Positions 12,801-27,543 of a DNA stretch of 64,000 nt are shown in pieces. The translations under genes and the position numbers were made by a program. Each line of letters opens with the position of its first letter. Position 1 is the first letter of the stretch. The notes beneath the pieces are model-generated. The model saw only the letters and a program-made list of their open reading frames with translations. It ran no database searches and had not been told where the DNA came from. Source of the stretch: Adineta vaga (taxonomy: Eukaryota; Animalia; Rotifera); the NCBI GenBank assembly GCA_021613535.1, contig CP075492.1, positions 15,004,001-15,068,000 of the forward strand. Reading direction: 5' to 3'.

Positions 12801-15800
12801 ATTGATATGCAACCATTACGTATTGTATTACCAGAATATGATCAGCAATCAAAGTAAATCATATTCAGTGAAATTGAGTTTTTCGATTCATTTCTTTTGT
12901 AGTTGTTCGGCATCGATTTGTTTGAATTCTGGTCATTTAACATGTCAAGGTGGAAAGAAATTTCAACAAAACATAATCCAACATCCTACGGTATTTTGTC
13001 GCTTCTATACTTCTGATGTTTCATTGCAATATTCGACGTTATTTAGAATACTCAATATATTGACGATTTGTCTTCTGTTCCATTGAAATTAGTACTGGAC
13101 AATCTCAAATTAGTTTATTGTAACAAAGACTGGAAAGATGTGCTCCATGATTATGATCCTTCATCAAACATTATCCAACCACTGACGTTTACATCGAATA
13201 TATACAAATCAATTCATACGGACAATCCCAATATACCAATGTAAATTATTTCTTATCTATTATGAGAATATGAATATGAAAGTTACGAATAATTTTTTCT
13301 CTTTTTTAGTTGGAATATTACTGGTGATGTCTCGAGAATTATCTTACATGTATCTGACAGACGTCTAGTGGAAATAATCAGAATATTTCAATCAATTCCA
13401 CTTCCTAAAGCAAAAGTATCATCAGATAACAAAAACAAGATTCAGGTTTGCTTTTGTGTCAATGTTGAAGTGACACGTTTGTTCTTTCTTTTTTTCATCA
13501 GAAACTAAATTCACAAGATCAAAAGAATGAACATAGTACTAAACAAATCTATCAAACAGTTGAAGATATGACATTAGTTAAGAAAACGTTTTATGAAGAA
13601 GAAACGAAATCAAATCAACGTGAATTAAATCAACAATTAACAGAAATCCAACTTTATTTTCAAATTCCTTCCGTGAGTTCAACACTATATTTAGAGGAAA
13701 TTTTAATCTACATATTTATAGATCAATATCTATTTGGATCAATGTTCAAACGATGTAACTGAACCATTTATGGAAATTTCATTTGTGTCACTCGTTAGTG
13801 AAGTGAAAATGAAAACCTATGATATGGAATTTGATCTTTCATTACAAGATCTAATTATAATTCATCAACAATTTGAAACAAAAGACAAGAAGAAATTTTT
13901 ATTATTAAACAATACACATAATGATAAACTTCTAAGAATCAATGGATTATTAACATCAGTGGAAAATCCATTATTTTCATCATCTCCGTATAATTCGATT
14001 GAAAATCAAATATCGATCAATTTGAATCGATTTCTTGCCAATTTTCAATTAGAAATATTTCATTCAGTTTTGATATTTAAAGACAACATTGTAGACAAAC
14101 TAAGTTCTCATCAATCAGAACAAATACAGTCACAATCTACTCCAATTGAAACTCAAAAACCTCCAATTCACTCATTTAAGCTTACAGTTAATGTGGAGGA
14201 ATTTTGTTTTCTGATTGGCAATGAATGTACGTCATTCTTCTATATGAAATTAGAAAGTATTCAAGCAAGTTATGGTCGTACGAGAGTAAAAACGTTAGGT
14301 CATTTGTGTGTTCATGACTTTATTCTTATCGATCCATCCAATCAATGCAGATTCAATTCGATTATTTCAAAAGAAAATAAACAGAATGATTTACTTTCAC
14401 TTGATCTATCATTATTTAATTATTCTAAAAGACGTTCTCCTCCCATTGATTCGCTTATTGAAGGTCAAATGGAACGGCTGAATATAATTCTTCTTTATAA
14501 ACATGTTGATCTTCTTTTAACTATTATTAAGTCATTAAATACAAAAAAGACGAACGAAAAAGATGTTTCTTCGGCAAATCATCAATCCTCTCCCTCACAA
14601 AACCAGTTTTCAAAAATTCGCTGTCAAATCAATTTAAAAGGACCTAGATTATTTATTCCTAAACATTCATATTCTTATGAAGCTATACTAATTGATTTAG
14701 GAAATATATCAGTACAAACAGCTGCTTCAGATGATCAAAGTCAATCAATAAGATTTGAAAATTTGTCAATGAATCGTGTTAAATTTGACGGTGATAATCA
14801 AATTCTAGAAACTATTGGTTTATCAAATTGTTCATCATTAAATATATTTATTAATTATCATCCAGATATGGAAAGTATTCAAGTCAATCAAGCAAAAATT
14901 TCGATAAAAATTGAATGGAATCAAATTGATTTCATAGTTGGTAAAGCTGATTATTTATTTCTAGGAGAAATGTTAAAAGGAAATTTACAAGAAAAGATTT
15001 TCAATGAAATTCCTCGAAAAGAACAAATGAATCAGACAAATCAACAATCAAATTTAAATAATGATAAAGTATATCCATTCCTGATGATCAATATTTTAAT
15101 TAGACAAATTAGTTTAACACTTTGTCATAAGCAAACAGAACCACATTCAAAATTATTATATTTCAATTTGAAAAATCTTGAATTAGATTTTCATCAATCA
15201 TCCAATTCTGCCTATGAAGGAAAACTACTATTACAAAATTTATTTGGTGATTATCTATATCAGACTAGTGAGGAAAATTCGATAACACGTATGATAGACA
15301 GAAAGTTCAATCTTGAACAAAATATACCAATTTTGACTGTTATTATATTATGCAAACCAACGACTATTGACAATCACACAACATCGTTTCGGCAAGGTCT
15401 AATTTTTTTTATACATCAACTTTCTTCTCAACATTTGTTTTTGTTCAGTGGACGGAGAATTGGAAAATATGTATATTAGTGTTAGTGCTACTTATCTACT
15501 TGCAATAAAAGATTTCTTTATTGCAACTCAATCAACTTCTGACGAGGTCGAACATTCTTCTGCAGTTACTGTTAATCAGTCAATTTTGAATAATATACCA
15601 TCTCCAGCTACATGTATATCAACATCTCATCCATTAGTAAAAGAGATATCGCAGGATGATAATTCACTAATAGAAACGAAAAATCCAAGTATGTATTCTC
15701 TCTTCAGTGATGGATCTTTTATTTTCAAAACTAACTCTTTTCATGTTTTAGATACATCATCTTCCATTAAGACTAACGTGAATCTTTGTATAAAACCGTG

Positions 15801-18800
15801 TCGATTTATTTTAATTGAAGATGAAAAGAACAAAAATTCCAATTGTCTCATAGCTGAAGTAAGTTCAAATACTATTTAACATTGTGATTAATCTATTGTA
15901 AATTAAAGTTATCTATCGTCATGCAAATGGCTGTTTTTGACGAAACTAGTGAAATCAATGCTTCAATGAATGATTTCACGATTTATGCGTCGAATTTCGA
16001 AGAATTAAAACAATCAACAATCAAATACTATGTAAGCGTTTTCCTTATCGAAAATTTTGTTTGATTTCTTTCAAAACCAAATTCTAGATATTTCAACCAT
16101 GGCAATTGAAATTATCGATGATAAAGAATGTTGATGAACAAAATATTGATGTTCAGATTGGAGATATATCTATCGACATTAATCCAATGTTAATTCATAC
16201 AATTATTTTAATACAAAAATCAATTGGAAAACAACAAGTATGAATGGGAACCGTTTTTTGAATATGATTTAATGAATATATTTAGGCGAATATGAAAGAG
16301 AAAAAAGATAAAACGGATTCGAAAACAATCTTTAATCCAAAACCATTTAAAGATTCGAATTTTTGGTTTATTCAAGGTTCTTTTTTTCTTATCTTCTATT
16401 TCATTTCTTTTTTTGAATAGAATTTATTTGTATACAATTAAGATGTTGAACAAAAAGAAACTACATTGAAAAAAAACGATATCTTAGAAATAGTAACTGG
16501 TACACCTTCACATAAGAAAAATCCGATTCCACAAGAAGAACAAACAGTAAAGACAAAAACTATCAATCAACAAGTATATTGATTTACATTTCATCAATAT
16601 GAGATTCATTGATTTATTTAGTTAACTATCAATTTAAAAATCATTGAAATTAAATTTCAACTCGGTACTGGTTCAACAACACGTCCAGTCATTGCTTTAT
16701 GTTTATCGGAGATATTTCTTCATCTTAAAAATTGGTCTTCCAATGTAATTAAGATCTTAATTATCTTTATACAGTTTCAGAGAAATACATATTCATTTAG
16801 TTATTTGTTTCTTCATCAATACAAATTGAATTAGCTTTATTCAATGATCATCTACTTGCTTGGGAACCATTGATCGAACCAATTGTTGATCAACGTGGTC
16901 ATATCGTTTCACCATGGTCAATCAAATGTCAAACTATCCATGTAAAATTAAAGTTAAAAAAAAGTCTTTCTTTCATAATTAGTTTCTTTTTTTTATTACT
17001 ATAGAATCAACAAAATGAAACGAACGATGAGGTAAATCTTAAGAATATCTACATACATTCATATTTGATATTTTCCGTAGTGTTACTTTTTACTTGATGA
17101 TGACGATGAAAAATCATCGAATTCTCAAGCTAAAGGTGAAAATATGACGAATTTTGACGTGAAAAATTTAATATTTATTCGAGCCGATCATTTATTGAAT
17201 ATCACTTTAACAAAAACAAGTCTTATCCTTGGAGAACATTTATTTACCATGTTTAATAATGTGTATAAGAATGAGTATACAATGATTGAACATGATGATC
17301 AATCGATATTATCAATACATAATCAAACAGGGTGTGAGATTATTGTCAGTGATTTTTTGGGTATTCGCTTTATCGAAAATCATAAATCAAATGACGAAGT
17401 ACATTTAAATGATAATGAATCAATTAAATTAACAGTATCAGGTGATCGTTTACGTGCCACTCATCTTCCAACAATTTCAGAACAGATCGATAAAAGGAAA
17501 CAAGAATTTTCTGTACAAGTAAATTTCATTGTTCATATTTTTGTCTTATTTCTCTGAGAAAACATTCATTTCAATTAAGATTGATGAAAAATCACTTAAA
17601 ATTGATATCAATCAAACATGGAGACGAGTTTATGAAGTGAATGCTTCTTCAATACCTAATTGGCCAATTCAAATGCTTTGTGATTCACAAATCTATGAAG
17701 ATCGTCGACGAATTGTTCTTAGTTCAATTATTAAAGTAAATACAAATCTTTGTGTAAAACAAATCAATCGATCAATATTTGATTAAAGGTATCTAATCGA
17801 ACGATAATGCCTCTGATCCTTTTGGATCCTGAATCTGTGGAAACAAAGAAATTTCATCGTATTGCACGAATTGATGTTAATCAAGAATTTCATGTACCCA
17901 TTCAATTTTTGTATCTTCGAATGTGTCCACGTTTATATTTTACTATTGATCAGTGAGATGTCATGTTAATCTTGCGCATAGAACATTCTAACTTTGAATA
18001 TGTAATTTTTAGAGATGATTCAATCGATGAAGTTTATGATTTCATGTCATTTGAATGGTCAATTGAATCCAGTAGTGATCGAGTATTAAAACGAAAAGAT
18101 GGAACACAAGTTAACTATGTGGTATGTTTGTATTTGATAGATATGAAAGAAATCGTTTTTACTTTTCTACAGATTCATAAAGAATCAATGGAAGCATATT
18201 CAGAAAATATGGATGAACCTATTCGAAATTCATTCAATATTTGTGTTCAATTAGCACTTCATCTTATCAATTATCTACCAATTAGTATTCAATGTCGAAT
18301 TGATGTGAACCATATGAGATTTCTTTTGATTGAGTATTCTTACGTATGTTTTTATCTTTTATAGAATTGTGAACAAATTGAACTTAAACCAAGTGAATTA
18401 TGCCATATAACAATAGGAAATAAAAAATCGATTCTTATTTTTATGGTATCTTTTACGATCAAGATTACTTTCATCATTTAAACTATATATATTTCAATTG
18501 ACTAGATTCCATCATACAATGGGATTAAATGGATTTCTGAACCGGTTGATTTGAATAGTCAAGGTGATGGAAATCACAATGAACAAATTGTGAAATTTCA
18601 TGATAGTAAAAATGATGAAGTATTAGTAAGTCAAGTCAATATAGAAAATTTAGTTTTCGATACATGTATTGTTTTTGATTCTCTGAAGAGAATGATATTA
18701 CGTGTTGAGATCTGTCGTCATTCATATCGTGTCTCATTCTATTGTCCATATTGGGTAGTTAATACAACTGATCTTCAATTTCAATTAAAAGTATGTTCGA

Positions 18801-21800
18801 TTTATCTTTATCTTTATCTTTGTAAGAATATGATGTATTATTCATTTAGATTGAACACGATAAAGTATTTATTGATAAAACTGATCAACCACATTTTCTT
18901 TGTCCAAAAAGAATTCATAGTGAATCACATAAAAAGAAGGTTAGGGATTATACGATTCGAAGAAAACAGATATCTATGTTCATATTATTTATAGGCTCAT
19001 ATTCGTTTATATGATGACAAAGAAGATGAAAGTATTTCTCATTGGTCTGAAGGTTTTTCTGTTAATGTAATTAAAAGTACTGGTATGACATCATGTAAAG
19101 TATCAAATGATCGAATCTATACGGTAAGAACAAAATTAAAATTTTGCATCAAGTAATTAATTGGATTTTTGTGGAAAAAACTTAGATTTGTATCAATATT
19201 GTAACATGTTCATTTGGTATGTCAAAAATAATCACAATTGCTTCATCAATGTTTATTATTAATAATTCTTCGGTAAGACATCCTCGATTTCTGTTTTCTA
19301 TGAAAATAAGCAGATTGAAATTTAGATTGAACTTGAAATTATTGAAACGTTACACGGAGTTCAACAAGATAAATGGACAACTCTCAAATCTGACCAGGTT
19401 ATTCCATTCTGGCCACATGATATCAAAGACGATATATTATGTCTACGTTATTTACATAATCAACAAGCTGTTGCCTATGTACCCATAAGTAATAAATATC
19501 GAACATTATTACATATGAATGATGAAGAATATCCAGCCATTGATGTTCAAATAAACATAACGGATTTAGAGGGATATCGAATTGTTTTTTCTGATTATAA
19601 AAATGGTGATGCACCGATTTTACTTGTTAATACGTTAATAAGTCAACCGATTGCCTTCGCTCAAAGAGAAGATCTGTAAGAGAAAAAGTTTCCTTTTCAA
19701 AACACTGTTTATTCAAAGAAAATTTATCTAACTAGACGAACACAAATTTTACCAGCACAACATTATGTTTATTATACATGGATTGATCCATTCAAACCAT
19801 ATGAATTGATTATTTCAATTAATACAAAAACTATAGCAATACAACTTCATGTAAGTGTAGATTTTCATTTCGACAGTTAAACTGAATATATCGTTTTCAA
19901 GCCATCGGATGGAGTTATTGAACAGGATAATGAAGAAAATATTCAGTATACTATATTTCATGATGGTCCACAAACTGTATTATTATTCTCTTCTGACATA
20001 TCAATCATTCAATCCGTAACCGATGTATGAAGATTTCTTTTGAAAAAAAAACTCCACTTTATTAATGTCTTATTCGTCATTTTTCAGACAACATTATTAG
20101 CAGAACCAATTAATAATTATATTCAATTGATTCTTCATAGTATTGGTATAGCAATTATCAATGATATAACTCGTGATGATTTATTATATGTAACAATAAA
20201 TCCATCGCAATATATTTGGACAACAAAACAAAAATATGATATTGAACTTGTTCCAACACTTCTGAATCTTCATTTAGAACAAAACTATGCAACATATATT
20301 AAACATCGACATGAACAGCATTCACTACGGAGAGAAATTCGTGAGAATCGATATACTATTGATAATAATCTCGTAAGAAAAGACATAAGATAATATTAAT
20401 ATAGTTTGAATTGAATAGATTGTCTCATTTGATGAAAATATTGGTGAAGTTAGTGATGAGCAAGGTCATTCCGTTCATGTGATACGTCAAAAACTTGATG
20501 CATTATGGATTGGATATGCTTGGTCAGTAAGTAATGTTATTCTTCATGCACGAATTCAGCATATACAAGCGGATAATCAACTTGATTGTACGATATTTCC
20601 AACAATTGTACATCCAATTGCTTCAAAATCGAGTCCAATAACTCATTTAAGTGATAGACCATTGATTGAATTGTGTTTATTTAAAAGTCAATCGCTAAGA
20701 TCAAATACAATTCATCTGAAGTAATAAAACATCGATTGTAGAAATAAGTTTTATTGGATTTTAATCTAGATATTTCAAATTACTTGTACAAGAATTTGCT
20801 CTTTGTGCTGATCAAGGTTTAATCTTAGCTTTATTTGCATTTTTCAAACCCAATCAGGTTTACTATACTTTTGAATCATTTTGATTTTCATAGTTTTTTC
20901 TTTCTCAAATGTTTAGAATCCCGTATCACCGACAATAAATATGAATCGAGATATTACACTTCTAAACAAACCACTTGAATCCTTTGTTAAAGTTGATACA
21001 TACAAACCATCACCCGTATCTTTTATCTATTTTGATAATCTTCATTTATCTCCTTTAAAAGTAAATATCAACATTCATATTGTTTAAAGACATAAAGTCG
21101 TAATTTGATTTTCAAGATTCATGTCAGTTTTTCAATGCATGGTTCGAAACCGGATAAACAATTACTTGAAGAATATCCGTTAGCTGATTTTTTCTTACAA
21201 ATATTGAATCTTGCTGAAGTACAAGATGTTACATTAAAGTAGGTTAAAGTATAATGAAGATAAAAATAATAAGAATTTTGTCTTAGGTTAAATTGTTATG
21301 AAAGAAAAAATGATCGATATACAATTGAAAAATTAAGAAAAGAAATTTTCAAACATTATGAAGGAGAATTTTTGAAACAAATTCATGTTGTTGTTCTCGG
21401 TCTTGATGTTCTTGGAAATCCATTTGGTGTTATTCGTGGCGTTGCACAAGGTGTTGAATCATTCTTTTATGAACCCTATGAAGTAACATTTCCAGAATAA
21501 ATCTATTTCTAATCTCTCTTTTCTTGAAGGGTGCAATGGCAGGTTCAAAAGAATTTTTTCTTGGAGTAAGACAAGGTACGCGAAATTTAATAGGTTCAGT
21601 AGTTGGTGGTACTGCTGGTGCACTTTCAAAAGTAACAGATGCGGCAAGTAAAAGTTTAGCAACATTAACATTTGATAAACAATATAAAAATATTCGAATA
21701 CAACGAAAGGAATTAAATGCATCCGCATCATCACATATTCTTTCCAGTGGAAAACATACGGCTAAGGTTATTTGAATCATTCATTCATTCATTGTGTTTT

Positions 21801-22725
21801 CTTAACGAGAGATTTGTTTAGGATATTATTTCAAGTGTGAAAGATCTTGTTAGGAAACCAATTGAAGGTGCTAAAGAACATGGTGGTGAAGGTTTTGCTA
21901 AAGGCGTTGGAAAAAGTGTTGTTGGTCTTGTTGCTAAACCAACAAGTGGACTTGCTGATTTAACAAGTACTTCATTGAATTCATTGAAAAGGTTTGTTTT
22001 TGAAAGAGAATAATGAATGATTCAAATAAAATTTCAATGTTTATAGAGTTGTAACACATGAACAAATTATTCATCGTATTCGTCCATCGCGACATATTGG
22101 TCGTGATGGAATTATTCGACCATCGATTGCACATGAAAAACGTGGAAATTTTATATTTGAAGTAAATTAGATTTGTTCAATTGAACAGAACTGATGTTTT
22201 GCTTTTTAGAATAGTGACTATGAAAAAACAGAAGATTATATTGCACATATTCAATGTTTTGATCAACCAAAGAGTTATTTTTTTGCTTCAACAAAGTAAA
22301 GGAAAGTTTTTCTAGTATATATAGAAAAGAAAGAAATGAGAATTATTTAGACGAATTTTATTAATCAATGAAAATTATTCCTCAACAAGAGTTTATAATA
22401 TTACATGGAATTGTTATTATAAACAAATTAAGGATGTACCTCAAATAAATTTTGATCCGAATCATATTGAAATTCATTATCGAGTTAGTGGAAATGATTA
22501 ATATTGATTGTGTTTTATTTGTAGAGAAATTTTCTTTTAGGATATCAATAAACTTCATATGACAAAACATGATGAATTATATACAGAATTGATTCCATAT
22601 CAAATTGTTGGTGAAGCTCGAGTAATTCTTTATTCTTCTTTTCCAAATGATTTGTTTTTTTACTTTTTTTATATTAGTATATCGTCGATAAAATCATCGA
22701 AACAATGCGTACATTACAAGTTTAA
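9834..22725 (+). CDS. VPS13: VPS13-family bridge-like lipid transfer protein (VPS13A/C-like), dozens of short introns
   Basis: Chorein-N start MVFKHLTLHFLEKYLGEYIEDLDTKQLKVGLWHG; IPWK; AWEPLIEP; FYCPYWVVNTT (VAB repeats); IQADNQL; VLGLDVLGNPFGVIRGVAQGVESFFYEPY; ATG2_C-like GVGKSVVGLVAKPTSG; RIRPSRHI; stop at 22723-22725. Confidence 0.95.
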
Positions 22726-22799
22726 ATATTGAACAACCTATTTTTGTATTATATTCTTGCCTTTAGTCTATTTTTTCTTTATTCTTGCTAAATAAAATA

Positions 22800-22850
22800 T
22801 TGAGGGTGTAGAGGAGAGTATAAAAGACAAGCTAGCACTCCTGTAGACTA
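22800..22850. repeat. TGAGGGTG-family hairpin remnant just after the VPS13 polyA signal
   Basis: aataaaatat-tgagggtgtagaggagag...cactcctgtag. Confidence 0.4.
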
Positions 22851-22998
22851 ATTCATTCTTTTTCTATTGTCATTTATATTAGACGAAGAAAGTATTGAGG
22901 AGATATAGAAATTGATACTATAATAACATTAATACTTGATTTTTTTTCTATCAGTAGTATATTGTATTGATATATTCTCAAACGTATTCATTGAGAAA

Positions 22999-24249
22999 AT
23001 GCACAAGTACAAAAACAGTATCTTGTTTTTATTAGTGATACTATTAAGATCATGCATTGGGCAACAAACTGCAGATAGAAAAGCTAATGTTAAAGTCGAA
23101 CAGGTTCTCAAATACATAACTGATTTATCGAAGCAAGGTATTACAAAAATAATATATGATTGTTATCTTCTTATCGTTAAAGTATAATGAAATTTTGTAG
23201 GAAAATTTCTTTCCGGTCAATATATTGGTATAAGTAAACCAAATATGTCAATGCCATTAATTACAAATATAACAGCTGAAACAGGTCAAGTTCCGGGTAT
23301 CTTAGAATGTGATTATGCAAATGGATTTTGGTCTACAGTTCCGCCACAAAAACTTCTTGATTATTCTTGTAATTCAATATTAAAAGATCATTGGAATAAA
23401 GGTGGTTTAATAAATATATGTGCACATTTTCCAAATCCTGTCTCTCCAAATGGTGGTGACCTAAGAAATAAATCAAATTTAATTTTCAATGATCTCTTGT
23501 ATCCTCATACAATTACTGGTCAGAGATGGTATTCATTTCTCGATATTGTAGCTAATGGTTTTAAGGATCTTCAAAATTCTAATGTAACTGTTATGTATCG
23601 TCCATTTCATGAAGCAAATGGTGCATGGTTCTGGTGGGGAAGACAAGTGAGAAAGACTTTTTATTAATTGTTTTCTATTCGAATCTCAACTTGCATAGGA
23701 TCCAACATTATTCAAAAATATTTGGATTAATATGTTCAATTATTTGACACATGTTAAAGATTTACATAATATTTTATGGATCTATTCACCTGATCAAAAT
23801 GCTCCAAATCCATCAATGTATTATCCAGGTGATGATTATGTTGATATTGTTGGACTTGATGTTTATACTGATGATCCGGTAAAAAAATCGTTTCTCTCTG
23901 TTCACTATAAACATCAAATTATTTTCATTCTAGAATACTCTGAAAGGATATGATGAAATGTTAGCTTTAAATAAACCAATGGTCCTTGGTGAAGTTGGTC
24001 CGAAAACTACTGATGGCCAATTCGATTACAGTCTATGGTTAGATTGTTTTTAAAATATAACGAATTTATCGCTATGTCTTTTATAGGCATACTGCAATTA
24101 GAAACAAGTATCCGAAAGTATCTTATTTATTGACATGGTCTGGTCCTTGGTCGCCAGTTGCTAATAAAAATGCTTATATTTTATTTAATAATGAATATGT
24201 TATTAATCGTGGTGGTATTAATATAAATGACACTATTTTTCGTAAATAA
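22999..24249 (+). CDS. Secreted GH26 endo-beta-1,4-mannanase, bacterial type, with spliceosomal introns
   Basis: Signal peptide; MYRPFHEANGAWFWWG (acid/base Glu); WIYSPD; YYPGDDYVDIVGLDVY; KPMVLGEVGP (nucleophile Glu); several ~50-60 nt GT-AG introns. Confidence 0.93.
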
Positions 24250-24928
24250 AATATTTTAGAGCATCAATGAATAAGTTATGTTAAAAACGATGAAGACGAT
24301 GCTTGCACTTCAAATTTTATATTTTTTCTAATTAGAATTTGTTTATCATAATGATATGCTTATATGCACATAGACACATAAATTCGTCCTTGCATTTCTT
24401 TAGTTAGTAATCGTTGGTAAATTACCGAGTGTGTGTCAATTCATTAATAAACATCATATTGCAATAAATAATGATAAAAATATACGATAGTCGAATAAAA
24501 AAATATTCATTTTTCGCACGATGTTTCACTGCTTGTTTGACGTCATAGTGTGACGAAATAATTAATATGCTCCAGTTGTACGAGCTATACAGGAAGAGAG
24601 AGCAACAGGCTTGAATCATCTTTCTATGTTTACGTCAATGCAAACATTCGTTCTGTATCTTTCCTTCACATTTAGTCGTGTAGACTTTGAAATACGAGAA
24701 ATATATATGCATGAAGTAAAATCATAAACGTACATTTTATTTTGCTTAACACTAAAATCGCTAGGAAGAAGAAGCGAGACTTCAGAAATAAAGTACTTCA
24801 ATCTATTTCACTGATATTTCACCAGTAATACATAAAGTCTCACTTTTTCCCCTTAGATTTAGGTCATCAACTATTATAGATTGAAATTTAACAAACGAAA
24901 GTATACGTTCATCTATCATCAAACAATA

Positions 24929-25689
24929 ATGTTAGGATCATTTGTTCCCCTAAATACTGTTACCATCCACGAGCATTTTAGTGAGTTTGACTCTTTCTAC
25001 AATAAGTATAGTATTAACGATTATATTTTTTATTTTATACTGATAGGATGTTGTCGAAGTAAGCAGTTTGATTTAGATTTTCCTGCAGAACTATCTGGAA
25101 CTATACATCCAGCTGAATTTTATCAATCAATAAACAATATCAATTATGCACGCAAACGCACGTTTAGTGAAAAAATTCTTTTTTTTCTTTTTACTATAGT
25201 TCCACTAGTTGGATTTATATCTTTCATTGTTCCTGGTTTAGTATTAATAGCATATGCAAGTCGTCCAGTATGGATAACATTGATAGCAATTGGAGGTGCA
25301 ATGCTTATACTTCTGATATGTCCTGGAACCTGTATAAATGTTTGGATTTCTAAGTCACGCCTCAGTCGACTAAAATATGCTGTTGAAGCCGAATCAATAA
25401 ACTATTTAGTAAAACGACCTATACCTTCAAGATGGCGATTAGATTCATATATTTATAGAACTCCTAATGCTCGAGGTGGTTCAACGACTTACATAGTTTA
25501 CTCTGTAAGTTATTCTAATTAAGTTTTTTATCTCTCTTATCAATAATATTGAAAATTTAGCTAAAAATTGAAATCGGCCAAAAAATAAGTTCAGGACCTC
25601 GAGGAGATGCCTTAAAACCTCAATGGAATTTGCTCGAACCAATATCATCTATTGGTCCACAACAATCAATAATTCGCCTATCCAATTGA
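24929..25689 (+). CDS. Two-TM membrane protein, weakly ERF4/GOLGA7-like N-terminal region (3 exons)
   Basis: CCRSKQFDLDFPAELSGTIHPAEFYQSINNIN followed by two hydrophobic helices; introns ~24980-25047 and 25505-25560; last exon LKIEIG...RLSN*. Confidence 0.6.
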
Positions 25690-25957
25690 AATACTATACT
25701 GATAAATTCTATCTTACGAAAAATCAATATTATGATTGTATGACAGTAGTTATGAATGTTAAAGAAAGTTCTATGCCTAAATTTTCAAGTCGCAATGTGA
25801 ATATTTTGCTGAAATAAAAATCATACTATAAGAATAAAAAATAAAGAGGATAATTTGTTTAAAGTAATTTATACAATTCATTTTTCTAATGTTGATGTAA
25901 ATAGAATTTTCAGTTTTGTATAATAATAATTTTAAAATTTTAAAAATTTAATGTGAT

Positions 25958-26016
25958 CTTGAGGGTGTGGGTACGGGTCGTCATTCAATTTAATCCTCAT
26001 ATCCTCACTCACATCA
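25958..26016. repeat. TGAGGGTG-family hairpin at the left edge of the orphan cassette
   Basis: cttgagggtgtgggtacggg...taatcctcatatcctcactcacatcaa. Confidence 0.6.
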
Positions 26017-26587
26017 ATGTCCTCCTCCTTCCCAGCTAACAAAGATACTGTTGGTCAACTCGTTTCGAATGGTTGGAGAGATGATGGTGAAGAAGATCGT
26101 AGACGAATGAATAAGTTCAAGTCATTCTGCGAACGAAATCCTCGAGGTAAGAAAATGACAGAATAGATAAGTTAATACTAGTCAAGAAAATTTACTATTT
26201 TTAAAGTAAGATTGAGCACAACCGATGATGACTTAACATATTGGTAGCTAATAAAGTCTTTTTGATTGAAGCTTGTTTTAAATCAAAATATTAGTGCAGA
26301 GATCGTTAGATGGTGTAATACGATTGATTTATTCATTAGTACACAGTAATCCAGACTTTCTTTGTCAAAATCTCACACTCGAACAAGCCAATGAAATAGT
26401 TGTCGAACATATGGTTCAATATGCAGAGATGATTTCCGATATATCCGAAGTTTCAGTAGACTTCATCGTGTATCACTTACAATCATCCTGGATATTAAAT
26501 GAATTTGATTTTTTGTGCAGATTTCAGGATGTGGTCCAAGTCGATGTTGAATTTTGGGCTGCTAATGAACGCGAGACAGCAGCATAG
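26017..26587 (+). CDS. Small orphan protein (exons 26017-26146 and 26295-26587)
   Basis: ATG 26017 MSSSFPANKDTVGQ...ERNPR; phase-1 GTAAG donor at 26147 joins TTAG acceptor at 26294 in frame with ORF 26294-26587. Confidence 0.5.
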
Positions 26588-26659
26588 TGTGGCACTACGA
26601 TTTTCGAATCAATATCGATAGTTTTCATAAAGATGAAAATGGAATAGAGAAACCTGCAC

Positions 26660-26869
26660 ATGTGGGCTATGAAACTGATAAGAAAACGAGCACTTGAAAA
26701 GGTAAAAAGGATGAAGTTGGACACGTCTACTTGGATGAAGAAAAAGTGCCGATCGGAAGACGTAAACCTGGCTAAATCTACCAAAGAACATAAAACAGAC
26801 ATTATGGAATACAAACTTAAAGATGGTCGCATTATATTCATGAAATATCGATTTTATACTCGATGGTAA
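26660..26869 (+). CDS. Small basic orphan ORF, possibly a frameshifted remnant
   Basis: 69-aa Lys-rich ORF followed by AATAAA at ~26988; no recognisable motif. Confidence 0.3.
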   Translation: MWAMKLIRKRALEKVKRMKLDTSTWMKKKCRSEDVNLAKSTKEHKTDIMEYKLKDGRIIFMKYRFYTRW

Positions 26870-27210
26870 TTCATTTCAGTCCTATAGTACTCATAAGACT
26901 TTTGCCGCACTTAATAGATAGTAGATAGTTTTATATATTATAACTATTTTAGTTATACACTAGTGATTTGATTTAAATATTCTCCTAATAAAGATTTACA
27001 CGATTTGAACATGAATATGTCCGTTAAGTTTGTGAATCATACTGACATCTGATATATTCGTAACTATACAATAGAATTCTTTTTTTCTGTTGTGTGAAAA
27101 AACTATAAACTATAACGTCATGGATATTGTTTGCATGAGATTAGATTACCATAAGTAGATATAAAGTATATGACAACAGCAAATATCAATCTTTCGACCA
27201 CTGTTCTATT

Positions 27211-27543
27211 ATGGGGAAATGCGGATCGAAAAAACTTAATCCTTCAATCGATGTATCAGGTAATAATAATTATGTTTTATTAATCAACGGTGTGAAAGTG
27301 AATGTCACAACAGTTCTCCATGAAATATCAAATCATATTGATACAGAAAGTCAAACAATTATTATGGCTATTTGTCTAAGTTTTGTGTTAATGCTCATAG
27401 TAATAATTTGCTTTACAATGTATATCCGTCGTTCTGTGAGACATCGTAACACTCAATACTATACTATGATCAACAAGCTGCAAGAGATTTCCCGTCAAAC
27501 GGATCGTTTAACAGCTCTTCTATTACATCACAATCCAGTTTGA
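27211..27543 (+). CDS. 110-aa predicted N-myristoylated single-pass membrane protein
   Basis: MGKCGS myristoylation consensus; TM IIMAICLSFVLMLIVIICFTMYI; basic RRSVRHR; amphipathic tail; TATAAA upstream and AATAAA at ~27641. Confidence 0.7.
   Translation: MGKCGSKKLNPSIDVSGNNNYVLLINGVKVNVTTVLHEISNHIDTESQTIIMAICLSFVLMLIVIICFTMYIRRSVRHRNTQYYTMINKLQEISRQTDRLTALLLHHNPV

Noticed and set aside
9834-22725. Many separate small ORFs in the ORF track
   Set aside because: They are exons, intron read-throughs or antisense shadows of one VPS13 gene.
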